NCBI GenBank assembly: GCA_051362555.1
Contig: CM120640.1
Location: 51,252,788 to 51,316,787 of the forward strand
Direction of reading: 5' to 3'
Length of the DNA stretch: 64,000 nucleotides
DNA from: Lingula anatina
Lineage: Eukaryota > Animalia > Brachiopoda
Below are positions 27,500 to 39,900 of this stretch, piece after piece. The notes under the pieces were generated by a model. The model did not search any database and had not been told where the DNA came from. It was given only the letters and a program-made list of their open reading frames with translations. The position numbers and the translations under genes were made by a program. How positions within the stretch are numbered: the stretch's first letter is position 1; every line of letters begins with the position of its first letter.

Positions 27500-28467
27500 G
27501 GAATTGAACAAAGAAATTTTAATCTTAAAAATACTTTTTTAAATCTTGCTGGAGAGAAAAAAAAATAACAATGATTACATATGGCAATACTTCCACAGTC
27601 ATTTTCAATGGTGCATTGCTTTAATAGTATATACCATACCATGCATCAGTAGATTTATTGAATGCACATAGTGCAGCAGTTGATTTTCTGGTTTGAGAAG
27701 AAGCCAAAACTGTTACAGCAACTTTTAGGTGGTGATCAAGTTTTGAATATAATAAACTTTCCAGGTTGTAACTGTGGATGTCATGTGTATAGCATATTTA
27801 ATTTTTCAACATATACAGTACCTTTGTGTCCACAGAAGACTGGCTTGACCAATATTGCGTTTTACATGTATAAAGCCAGGAAAAATGTACATTTTCAAAG
27901 TTTATATTGGTTTTCTGTCTTTGTAATTTACAAAAACATAAGTGCAATTGAAAAGCACTTTGTTCAGCAATTAAATAAAGATATCTTTTTGCATTTATTT
28001 TTTTTTTCTGGACTTCTTGTAGTTGGTTATTGCAGTGAATCACGGAGGTGAAATTTCTCAAATTGCTTCAAATAAATATAAATATTTATTAAGGTCAAAT
28101 TGAGCCTCAGCAACAAATTAATTACGCAACACTAATATCCTGAAACTTGAGAGATAGGTTAGGGTAGGTTGAAGAAAACTTGTTTTACTTCCTTGTGTTA
28201 AGTTTTTACATGTCAGGTATGCAGGTTTGGCCCAATATCAAGTCAATTTGTTTTATTCAACCAAAACTTCTTTTAAAAAATGAATCTACAATTTCAGTAA
28301 TGATATTTACAAATACAGTATAAGTCCAATATTACAAGGAGTTCATTTTAGCAGTTCAATGTGGAGCACAGTGTATCTGAGTAATTCCCTTTTTACTTGC
28401 TATATTGCACAACGCTACAAAAATTCCTCTGAAAACCCCTTTGTCTTCTGTTACACTTGAATGAATG

Positions 28468-30884
28468 TCACCTTTGGATCTTCTTAAGTTGGTCCATTAT
28501 TTCTGGAAGATTCTCTACGCTGAAAATATAAAAACAAAATTAGTTCAGATTCCATTCTTTACCTTGATATAAATCTTGGAGAAATGACAAGGATCTACAT
28601 CGAAGTGTTAAAAATGTAAAAAAAAATGAAAATGAATCAAGACATAAACATTACTTCCTTACAACAACTTGCAGCCAGAAAAGATAGCAAACACTTATCT
28701 CAATCTCAGAATGCTCACGAGGAGAGGCATATAGACTGTTTTGCACACATACACCACACATTATTACAGTTTTCACAGTAAAAATATAAAGTGTATCAAA
28801 GTGAAAAGCGGTCACATAAGTACAGAATGACCCGAATTTTTTCAATGGAGAAAATGATTAATCTTTCCAATCCAAAATTTTGAAAAGTTAAGACATTATA
28901 TTTCTGTGTAGCATTTGTGGTGTTTTTACTGTTACAAAGTAGCCTGCTTTTCAGTTTTGTTGCTTCCACTCAATGGAAATGCTCTAATTAAAAGAATTTA
29001 TAACTTAAAAACTACAATGTCAGATTCTTTTCATTTCACCATTTTCCTCACTGAAAAGACTGGGTCATTATTGTTTGCTAAAAAAAGATTTTAACAGCTA
29101 CATAACTAATTCCCTAACATGGCAAAAGTTTTTCTTCCATATGCTACTATGGTATAATAAGCCTAAAGAAAGAGAAGCTTAGGCTCTATTCCCATAGATT
29201 TTAGATCGATCTATCCGCGCGGGGAGTCTCACTAGATTACTTTCAGATAATCCGACTTAAATGTCCGTCCCGCCTACTACAAGCTGTAAGGGTGTAATTA
29301 ACTTTCGTGTTCGCCTGGCTGACAGCTACATGTATTTAGCGTGAACCCCCAGGGAATTAGGTCGATCTAAAGTAGGTCGATCTAATCTATGGAAATGGGG
29401 TGTTAGATGCCTATGGCTAACTTGACTGCAATTTTGCAATTCTTTGTGTAATCATTACAAATTTTCTGTAAGGCAGAGGACCTCTAATGAGAATGGTTTC
29501 AGCTCCCCAGAGAATTTTATCATAATCAATATCAGTTAACTAGCCTGATAGCAAATTAATCCCTACATGTACAAAACTAGTTTCTGAGTAGTTACAGCAT
29601 ACTCCCCTCAAGCCAGTATACAAGCTCTGTCAAAATTTATGAAATGGTTTAATAGGATGTGTGCTTGGCAACTGAAAATTGCAGTCAGTACATTGAAATA
29701 CAGCACATTAAATGAAACAGACCTCCAAGTCAGAAAAAATTTGATAAGTTGATTAGCAAGAGGCAACCACTGTTAACAAATCCACAAAAACAAAACATTA
29801 ACAGCAGCATTAAATTTTTTCTGGGTTCACTTTTAAATTTCTCACATTAACCACATTAATACCTACATGTAATGCATTTGTTTTCCTTTAAAAATATGTG
29901 CAAAAAATTATTCTAATTTCCTCCAAATTGTGGTTGGTTGCACTCATTAACCAATTAATCAAACTTAGCAAAATTAATTTTATTGAAACTTGCAGCAGCA
30001 AAACAAAGCTGTGAAGGAGAAAAAAAGTGACAAGTGCACATCTAATCCCCAGACCCTCACTAGTTAGTAGTTTATTGAGGGAAATCTTACCACCTTCTCT
30101 CTATGGCCTCTTGTCTGAAATAATTTGTAAAATCATAAGAGTTACACATATTGAATTCATTGAATTGTTCACTCCAATATGAATGTTTCCTGTAAAATTG
30201 ATGAATTTTTTATCATTTGAATAAGACATGAGAAAAAAGGGAAAAAGTTACATATTTTTATGTTATTTAATTTATTGATATTCATTAATTAATATTATTT
30301 TTCATTTTTTTGTACCTGTATCCAACCACCATTCAGACATGCATACTTACTGGAACTGTAGATGTGATGTTGTCAAACCCATTCTTTGTAATGTCTAAAA
30401 GCAAGCATAAACATTCATTTGATTTGTAAAGAAATAGGGAGTACATTCAATTTATTTTCAAAAGGCTGAAGAGATATATTAAAAGGATTCACCTAAAGGC
30501 ACCAATCTGTTGTAATTGAAGTCAAATACACATCTGCCAATACTCAATTTTAGATGTTATTGAACACTACGAAAGGAATAGGCTGAATAGAGATCAAATG
30601 TATAACATTAGTTGCAAAAAATTAAATACCTGATATGAGTTTTCAACTGCTCCTTCATGGAATGCAAAATTTTTTGCTGCTTGGGTTAGTGCCTAAGAGA
30701 AAATAAAATAAAATATTATAAATTAAAAAAATTATAATATCTTCCTGAAGCAACTAGTCCAACAATAGCAAATATAATGTACTAGTAATATATCTCACTG
30801 AGCTGCTACATGTACAGTACAAAAATTTGCTTCGTTGAAGATACATGTTCCATGTTCTTCATACCCACCTTTCCATTCCCCAAG

Positions 30885-30929
<45 letters not shown>

Positions 30930-31564
30930 GGGGGGAGGGGTGATTTAATTTTAAGGGGGTGGGTTTATTAATCACATTTAATTATTAGCAATTTTAATTC
31001 AATTGTAAACTATTATGAAAACAAAAAGAATCAGTCAAGATGATAAGATACCAGTGGAACTGTATATAGTAAATTTCAATGAAGTTTAGGATGCTTCTGA
31101 CGGTAATAGTTCCAAAGTCATATTTATTTAAAATTACTTAAGTATTTATTTAGTATTAATATTAAAAATATATCTGAATAAGATATTATTAATAAGCTAG
31201 TTTAAGCTAGTAATGCAGCTGCCTTAGACAACACTAAGCTGCCAACGGCTAGTGAATCTAAAAACCACAGGTTTTAGATCCATGCAGGTGAGATAGCAGC
31301 AGACGTACTAGTACATGTTCAAGATAGATTCTACCAATGACTGACATTGCCAATGTCATACTAAAAATGTCTCAAGCCGAAATGAAAAGTTAAAAGATAA
31401 ACAGTGTTAGTTTCCCAGATTTACTTTGCTATGTTCTAATATACCTCGGTTGATTTAGAAACTTTCAAAACTTGTCGTGCCAGAGACCCTGCATCGCAGA
31501 CTGTCGTAGTTATTTTCTCTTGAAGGCGAGCCTTCGTTTCCTGATTCCAGTTACTGGAAGCCAT
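28468..31564 (-). CDS. BORCS7: BLOC-1-related complex (BORC) subunit 7, 5 coding exons, about 100 aa
   Basis: 31445-31564 MASSNWNQETKARLQEKITTTVCDAGSLARQVLKVSKSTE; 30630-30692 ALTQAAKNFAFHEGAVENSYQ; 30351-30394 TLQRMGLTTSHLQFQ; 30091/30094-30114 QEAIER; 28468-28519 VENLPEIMDQLKKIQR*. Matches the recalled BORCS7 pattern (QVLKGSRSSE..THLQYQQEAI). Absent from the ORF track. Confidence 0.9.
29180..29405. mobile_element. Short MITE family, copy 2
   Basis: Similar to 9180-9385. Imperfect TIRs TATTCCCATAGAT / ATCTATGGAAATG. Confidence 0.7.
30884..30928. repeat. (GA)n microsatellite
   Basis: Seen directly. Confidence 0.95.
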
Positions 31565-31881
31565 ATTTGTTTATGTCGTAATCTCGTGTATTGTATACTG
31601 TCACAGCCATTGCTCCTTTAAACCTTTATCGCGAGAGATTTATTTATGTCTGTATAAAGTAACTATATCCAAGATTTTATCAAAAAGGTAGTATCTGATT
31701 ATTAAAAAAGCACATCTTAAATGAGCACAAATGAATATCAAACTGTGTCATGAAGTACTCTCTTTTTAAGTACCCATTTCCGTAAATTTCATTGACCTAG
31801 AAAAATAGCTGGCCGAAGCAATGTTGAAAGATGGAAAGACGTCCCATTCACTATAAACACAGTTCTTTCGCCCAAAACGAG
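31565..31881. promoter_or_regulatory. Probable bidirectional promoter of BORCS7 and UVSSA, with a putative first UVSSA exon ending at 31881
   Basis: CpG-containing segment, TATCGCGAGA at 31627-31636, and a good donor GAG|GTATGT at 31881/31882. The first UVSSA coding exon has an acceptor at 33927 that needs an upstream donor. Confidence 0.55.
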
Positions 31882-32460
31882 GTATGTTGATATGCACGTA
31901 AATAGCATTTGTTCTGTGTGTGTTTCTTAAAGAAAATGCAATCGAAATGCAATCTTAGAAGAGATGGTTTTCGAAGTAACGTTGATGTACGACGGCGCCT
32001 CAAATAACGTTAAGATCACCCTGATCTTCGTTAAAGCCAAGGGTAATCTCTCTCTTTGTAGTGTAGGTTTCACACGTTTCGGCTTATGAATAAAAATGCT
32101 ACAGACTTGAAATTTGGCACAGGGTGGCCATATATTTGGGTATATTTGTTTTTTCTTTTCTTTCTTTCTTTTTTATTTTTTATTTTTATTTTATTTTATT
32201 TTATTTTATTTTATTTTATTATTTTTTTTTGAGCTATCCAATTTAGTTCAAAAGATATACTCAGTACTTAGTACTTACGTACACGTTTTTAATATAAAAA
32301 TCATTTTAATTTTTAGAATTTTTTTTTGATGTCATTTTTTAAAGATGTCATTCTAAAATGTGTCAAAAGTTGCCCAACTTTGTTTTCAAATAATAAATAA
32401 ATAATATTATCATAATCAATGAAACTTAAATTTGTCACAGAACAAGTGTAGGAGATGTCC

Positions 32461-32803
32461 TTAAAGGGATAATAACTCTTTGTATGAGAACTATATTTCA
32501 CAATAAGAACATTGTAAACAACTCATAAAAATATAATATATTCTGTTTTACCACAAAAACCGCAGTTATAGCTATTATTCTGATATCTGAGATTGCCATC
32601 AGACCAGTTGACTCATATATGATGTCTATACTCTGTAATAATCTCTTAAGAGATTATAACATAAAATCAAACTTTTTGCAAAAAAAACAGGGACTAACTT
32701 TGAATGTAGAAATGGATTCGTTAACCATTGATAAGTATGGTAAAATTGTTTACTCCGTGAAAATTCATTTTTTGACCAAAACAAACAGTTAGTATCCATT
32801 TAA
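32461..32803. mobile_element. Kolobok-like MITE, copy 2
   Basis: TTAAAGGGATAATAACTC start and body similar to 26410-26747. Confidence 0.8.
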
Positions 32804-32963
32804 GATTGTCCACATAATATACATGTGGAGTGGGCAAAGTGGAGGACTTAAGGGTCAACAAATAGGTTAGCAACATAAAAAATACAATATGGTGCATTAG
32901 AACTCTAAGGTATACAAGTGGAAAGCAAAACTTGACCTCCTAACATTAGCTGAATGGGAAATG

Positions 32964-32976
32964 GGTGTGTGTGTGT

Positions 32977-33007
<31 letters not shown>

Positions 33008-33013
33008 GGGGGG
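32964..33013. repeat. (TG)n followed by a long G run
   Basis: Seen directly. Confidence 0.9.
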
Positions 33014-33535
33014 ATGAAAAAATGCCCCCAAAATATTTTCCTGAAAATTTCCCAATTTCTCATATGTTCTTATACAAGGCTAATATTTCATCTTGTTGTA
33101 CCTTTTTTTGTGACCTTTTCTAACTGGGATAGTGCTAACCCTCACCAATTTAGCCAAATGCTAAAACTGACTTCAATTGTCTGAACATAATAGGATTGAT
33201 TTGATTTAGTCAAATTTAAACCATTTGGTAAAAAAAGAGTGAACAAGTAGTGATTTGGCTAAAAAAAAAATATAGCATTACTCTAGCCTAAGTTATCAAA
33301 AGTCTTGCGTCAGTCCAGGCCAGTTTCTGAAGCAGTAGTTAAGGAGCATCATGCAATGTAATTTTGACAAGTAGAAACCTGATCAATATTCAAGAAGTTT
33401 GTAAAAATGAACAACTTACACCACCTAGATTGTCTGAAGTCAAAACTCTCTGCAGTTGAGTACCAGAGCAGGGCAAAGATTGCAGATATTTTATATAATT
33501 TGATAAGCCCAAGACAGCAATCTCATGGCTGTAGG

Positions 33536-33703
33536 CAGGGGCAGATCCAGAGATATTTTCTGAGAGTCTTCCAAATTATTTTTGTTAACCCATCCTCCAT
33601 TTTTGACCGTCTTCCGACAGAAAATATTAGATACCCGTCAATGTAAACTTTAAAATCTGACCGTCTTCCGGAAGACCCAGAAGACGGCCTAAATCCGCCC
33701 CTG
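33536..33703. mobile_element. hAT-like MITE (inverted copy at ~45389-45557)
   Basis: TIRs CAGGGGCAGAT / ATCCGCCCCTG flanked by a GTAGG direct repeat. The second copy is flanked by TTATTG. Confidence 0.7.
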
Positions 33704-33931
33704 GTAGGATCAGTTATGGCTGATGTTCTGTCTTTGTACTTTATTCATGCCAGTTACCAAGTGTATGGCATTTTATACCAAGGTAAAAAAAGGGTCTGTT
33801 TTGACATACTATCTTTGTTAATTTTGATTAAAATGTGAATCACAAATTTTAGATTAAACCTTAATCAATCACTTAGATGTAAGCATGTTTTGAATTAACA
33901 TGAGCATGAACTCAATACATTTTCCAGATTT

Positions 33932-36900
33932 ATGATTAGTGTGGCTGATAGTGTGATGCCCAAGATGTCTTCCCGTGACCATAATCTTGTGAATACCATG
34001 TCAAAATATGTTGAAGTTCTGACAACATCAGGAAAACCAGAGTTGGATGAGACATTGATGAAAAATTTAAAAAGAATCTGCAAGTGAGTTTTCTTTTATT
34101 TGGACAACTTTAATCTAATGGCATTTTTATTTTAACAGGAGGTACATATAAAACTGGTTGTATAATTTGTACACAGTTTGCTTGTATTTGCCTTTGTATA
34201 CTATTCACTGTTTTACATAAATGAAATCAATTTTGTTTTTGTCTTTACCAGAAAATCAGATGAATATGTTGAGCATGTTTTCCATATGCTGATGACACAA
34301 CTCAATCAAGGGCATTCTGAGATCAGGTTATCAGCCTTCCTGATCTGTGATGAACTGTTCAACAGGTCTCATCGCTTTAGAGAACTTTTGCTGGCAGATT
34401 TTCAAATATTTTTGGGATTAACTGCTGGTGAGATTCTTCTTTTAATATATAACTGCAATAGATTTTGTTGTATTGAATATATATTTTGTTGTATTGAACA
34501 TATTTTTGAGAATTAATTATGAAACTAGTAAAAATATTTTTCTGACATTATTTTTTATTGTATTTATCTCAGATTTTCATTCAGAAAAAATTAAGGAGCT
34601 GACACTACATCCGAAGTGTTAGGTTTTATGGATTTTATTTTATGGATTTAAATTTTTAGAGATAAATTACAATGAGCCTCTACCTCCTCCAAAGAAAGCA
34701 GCAAAGACTCTAAAAAGCAAAACATATAAAGCCATCCAGAAATGGCATGATAAATATGCAGAGGAATACAGAAAACTAGCATTGGCATATAATTACCTAA
34801 AAAATTGCAAAAAGGTATGAAATTACATTTTATTGATCATTTTGATCTTATACAGTTTGGTATATATTTTTGTAAATTTTAAATTTTGGTGAACAGAAGT
34901 ACAACAGTGATTCATGGAAGTACTAGTAGATTTGTGTAGTCATTGTATCGTGTAAGAATCAAACCAAGACACAGAGGTGATTCAGTGAAATATAGAACAT
35001 ATAGAACTGTTTCAAACTAAATGTAAACTTACATATGTAATGACTATTTAATTTTGTTGCTGGTTCTTGAAAGTATTCTTTATTTTTAATTTTATTTCAC
35101 AGATTAATTTCACTGAAATACGAGTCAGAGCAGAAGCTGAAAGGCAACGCGAAGAGGCAGAACAGCAAAGGAGGGAAATGGTAATGCAGCAAAAGCTTAG
35201 CAGCTGTCTCCATGAAATGACTGGTATGTCACAGAATTAATCACAAATATATTGTAGTGGTTGCATAATATGTATAAGATATTACAGGTTTAAAGCAAAA
35301 TGGAAGTATGAACACTTTGAATTATTTATTTCATAAAAATGATAATAAGGAACATGTTAAGACTTAACGCGTGGCTTTATGATGAAGTTTTATGATGGCC
35401 TCTTTTATTTCAGAGCTTCAGCCAGAGATTAGAAACTGCTTGTCTCAACTGGACAGTTGCATGAAGCTGTTGCTTCCAACTCTAGATGACTTTGAGATAA
35501 ATGCAGATGATTGCATTATACCATATATACCTGAGGGCTCTCAGAAAGGACTGTTAATAGATAATTATGTCAATGAAAACATGAAAGGAGAGATGTCTAA
35601 AGTGACAGATGAAAGAAATTACACTGTAAAGCAAGGTCTCTCAGAGGTGAATATTGATAAACCCCATTGTATTGACAACACTTCTGCAGAATCTGGCACT
35701 TACCACTTTTCCTCAACAGACATAATGCATTGTGATGATGCTGAGAATAGAATTACTGAGAGAATGGAAAGTATGAACGAGGATGTTATAAATCAAAGAG
35801 GAGAAGAAGAAGAAGATGAGGAAGAAGAAGATGAAGAAATGGAGGACGTACCTGAGTCAGATTTGATGAGACAACATGGTTTGGGTTCTATGAAGTACAA
35901 CATCACTATTGACATTGAACCAGGGGTGATTAAAGAGAATGAGGACAATACTGATATTCTGAATGCTGTCAGAGACTCTTCAAAGCTCATTGCTAATAGA
36001 TATTTGCCACTTGTTATTACCTGGTTAAAGGTAAATTTAATTTTGGTATGGTCTAAGCAAATATTTTAGTCATATGTTATCTTTTATTAAACATCTATTG
36101 ATAGTAAAGGCATTAATTTAAAACAAAATTAACATAACAAATAAAAATAAAGGAGTCTATAAATGAAACAGAGAGAAAAATATATTGGACGTCAAAGTAA
36201 TATGTTCAGTGCTAAAATTCATTTTATATACAGATACTAATTGCCCGTAACAAAAAAGTCCTATAGGATCCTATAAGATCCTTTAGGATCCTATAGGAAA
36301 TTGGGCACATTTCCTATAGGATCCTATAAAATTTTATAGGATCCTATGGGACTTTTTCATAAGGGGCATTTGTAAATTTACAGATATTGACCAATAATGG
36401 TGGGCAACAAGAACACATTTCACAACTTGAGAAATTGAAACAGAATCTGGAAGCAGCACTTCAAAAGTATAAAGAAATGAAAATTCCAGAACTGCCTCCA
36501 AAGTTAGTTGTTTCTGTGACAGAAGATGATGCAGGTTAGTATTTAGATTAATATATGATAATAAACCAAATTGATTATTAGTGAATGGTGTAACAACAAA
36601 ATGATTTTGAAGAACAATTAAACTGAAGATGCTTTCTAAAGGTATATTAATTTAATTTATCATTTAAATGTCTCAAACATGTTTAACTGTTAGCTTTTGT
36701 GAAGGCACTATGGATGACAAGTCTCTGTCAAGTGTGTACCATAATGTTAAAATGGTTTGAATTCTCTAATATAGAAGGGGATTTTGAGACTGTCCCTGAA
36801 AAGGAAGGTTATGAAGAAGACATTCCAGAGCATCTTAAGGAGTATTCTAGTGAGTATCATTGGTTGAAGATGCTGGAGCATGTTAATCTGTCAACCAGGT

Positions 36901-39900
36901 TCTATATCAAGATAAAATACCAGCTTATATCCCTTTCCACTCAGATTCTCAGAATGATTAGCAATACAAACTAATTTGTTGACATTTTATAATACCCGTA
37001 ATATTCTTTTGTAAAATGATAAATTTCCAATATGTTTATAATTTTGTGTTATTTCTTTAAGTTAATAAACAAATTGTGTCTCAAGAGAGAGAAATTTTAT
37101 CAAAAAGAAAACTAATATTTCAGGCATTGGCTGTACACCGTCCACTAGCAGCACTACCAGCAGCACTAGTAAGTCAGGAGATATATGTCACACTGAGTGG
37201 CAATCCATGGGAGCTGCTGTTAAAGAAGAATGGGATCTAAAGGTTACAAATAAAAAGTAGGTCTGAAAAACTGCTATAAAATAAAAAAAGTATGTGTAAT
37301 TTTCTTTTTCTCAGAATTAGGTTTCCAAAAGTTTTGACTTATTTTGATTAAGTTGCAAACTTATTAAATAATAAGCTGCAGTTTTTGGTCAGAAAATATG
37401 AACATCATTTCTACTTTCTAATATGAACCTTCTCAAGCCAAAGGTATACAACATCATACATTACCCTTGGCTTAATGGTAATGTTTTACTTATTTTGAAC
37501 ATTCTCTAAGTGAATGTAAGTACTCATTTTATCTGACAAACAATATTTAATATAACAACATAAAAAGTCATATTTGAAGTGCTGTTACTGCATTGGATAC
37601 ATAAAGCAGACTTAAGTAAGCAGACTTGAGTAAAGCATATATGTATATATGACTGATGAGCCCCTGTATACTGAGGAGGATTTCCAGTCAATCTAGGTAT
37701 AGGCATTAAGATGAAATACATATTTACTTGCAGGCCTGAATCAGAGCATGTGGACAGCTGGTCAAACCAGGAATCATCAGTATCAGGAGAAACTGCTAGG
37801 AAACAGAAATTACTTAAGAAGGCACCAGTAGTTCATTACGACATGGACCTCCAACATTGGGGGAACCCAGATGCCAAACCACCAGCTGTTGTTAGGTCAG
37901 TGTATAATATAAATCAAATAATTTCTTGTTATCTTTTTATACAAATCAGTTGGTGAGGGGTACAGTCTTTTGTTTAAAAGTCGAGTGAGTTCTGTAATTA
38001 ATACTAATTGTACCACCAGCGTTAGCGCTGGCGGTACACATGGTTTTGGTCCCGTCCGGATCGTTCCGCCGGCTCCGTTGGCTCCGCCGGCTCCGCCGGC
38101 TCCGCCGGACGGCTACCGTTACCGCTTCTCCTCCTAGACGGTAAGGGTCCCCGTACCCATCTCATGGATTTAGGTCACCTATAATCTCAACTCGTTCCAC
38201 GTAAAATTTGGGCTTTGTCGGTATTGGGGTCTGGGTGTGGCACTCATTGCAATGCACCCTTGTCTAAAAATGGCAAAATTAAATGCTAATTATCTACCCT
38301 ACGGAAGGAGTTATGGGAAAAATTTCTATAGACGGCTTTCCAAAAGTCATATGTGTAGATTTCAAATATACCCTTGGATTTGACCTTTGACCTCTACTTC
38401 AAGGTCAAATGGGCCAAAATTTTCAAAAAAATGAAATTTTTTACGAAAAAAATTTTTTTTGCCCTGTTATTCAGACACCACACAGACTTAACCAATAATA
38501 TTATTGGAAAGTGTTACCCTTCAGGTCATCTTTCATCTCCTTGAATTTGGGGTCAATCGGTGCATTTTCACGGGAGTAGCGGCCATAAGATACCGAAACT
38601 GAAAACTGTCTCTAATTCGGGAACCGTTAATGCTAGAGACCCATTCTTTTTTGCATTTTGTAGAGCATGTAAAGCCCAACACTGGAGGTGGCCTCGTTTT
38701 TTTTGTATTCCATACGGTTTTTGAGTTACGCTGTATCAAAAAGTACATATTGGTGGTAAAAGCAAAATGTGCAGTATGGTAATGGATAATAAATTTTGAA
38801 CTCTGGAAAAATAAAACATAAGGCTTGGCAAAGCAGACAACTTGTGTTCAAAAATGACATTATTTCATCAAATTTGAACTTCTGAAACTTCAGAGCACCT
38901 CCTATTTCAAGAATTTTGACCAAAATGACATTTTCTTTATTTTAATTAATTTTTTCTGTACGAAATTTAAGGCACATTATGGTAACTCCAAAATTATAAC
39001 ATCTAGTCCCTTATATCTCCAAAACTGGCAGAGATAGGTCCATAGTTACTATTGAACTTGAATAGGAAGTCATATACTGGCAATCTAAATGTGACCTTGA
39101 AATTGACCTTTGACCTACTTTTCACCATGAACTGAACTTTGCAAACTTTTCTTCCCTTTTATCTCCAAAACTGGCAGAGATAGGTCCATAGTTACTATTG
39201 AACTTGAATAGGAAGTCATATACTGGCAATCTAAATGTGACCTTAAAATTGACCTTTGACCTACTTTACACCATGAACTGAATTTTGCAAATTTTGCTTT
39301 CCTTTTATCTCCAAAACTGGCTGAGATAGGTCCGTAGTTACTATTGAACTTGAATAGGAAGTCATATACTGGCAATCTAAATGTGACCTTAAAATTGACC
39401 TTTGACCTACTTTTCACCATAAACTGAACTTTGCCAAATTTGCTTCCCTTTTATCTCCAAAACTGGCAGAGATAGGTCCATAGTTACTATTGAAGTTGAA
39501 TAGGAAGTCATATACTGGCAATCTAAATGTGACCTTAAAATTGACCTTTGACCTACTTTTCACCATGAACTGAACTTTGCAAATTTTTCTTCCCTTTTAT
39601 CTCCAAAACTGGCAGAGATAGGTCCATAGTTACTATTGAACTTGAATAGGAAGTCATATACTGGCAATCTAAATGTGACCTTGAAATTGACCTTTGACCT
39701 ACTTTTCACCATGAACTGAGTTTTGCAAACTTTTCTTCCCTTTTATCTCCAAAACTGGCAGAGATAGGTCCATAGTTACTATTGAACTTGAATAGGAAGT
39801 CATATACTGGCAATCTAAATGTGACCTTGAAATTGACCTTTGACCTACTTTTCACCATGAACTGAATTTTGCAAATTTTGCTTTCCTTTTATCTCCAAAA

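Noticed and set aside
28468-31564. Small gene next to INTS3 as INIP (SOSS-C), which would have clustered two subunits of one complex
   Set aside because: The translation lacks the INIP C-terminal motif (GNLILPVLPR) and fits BORCS7.
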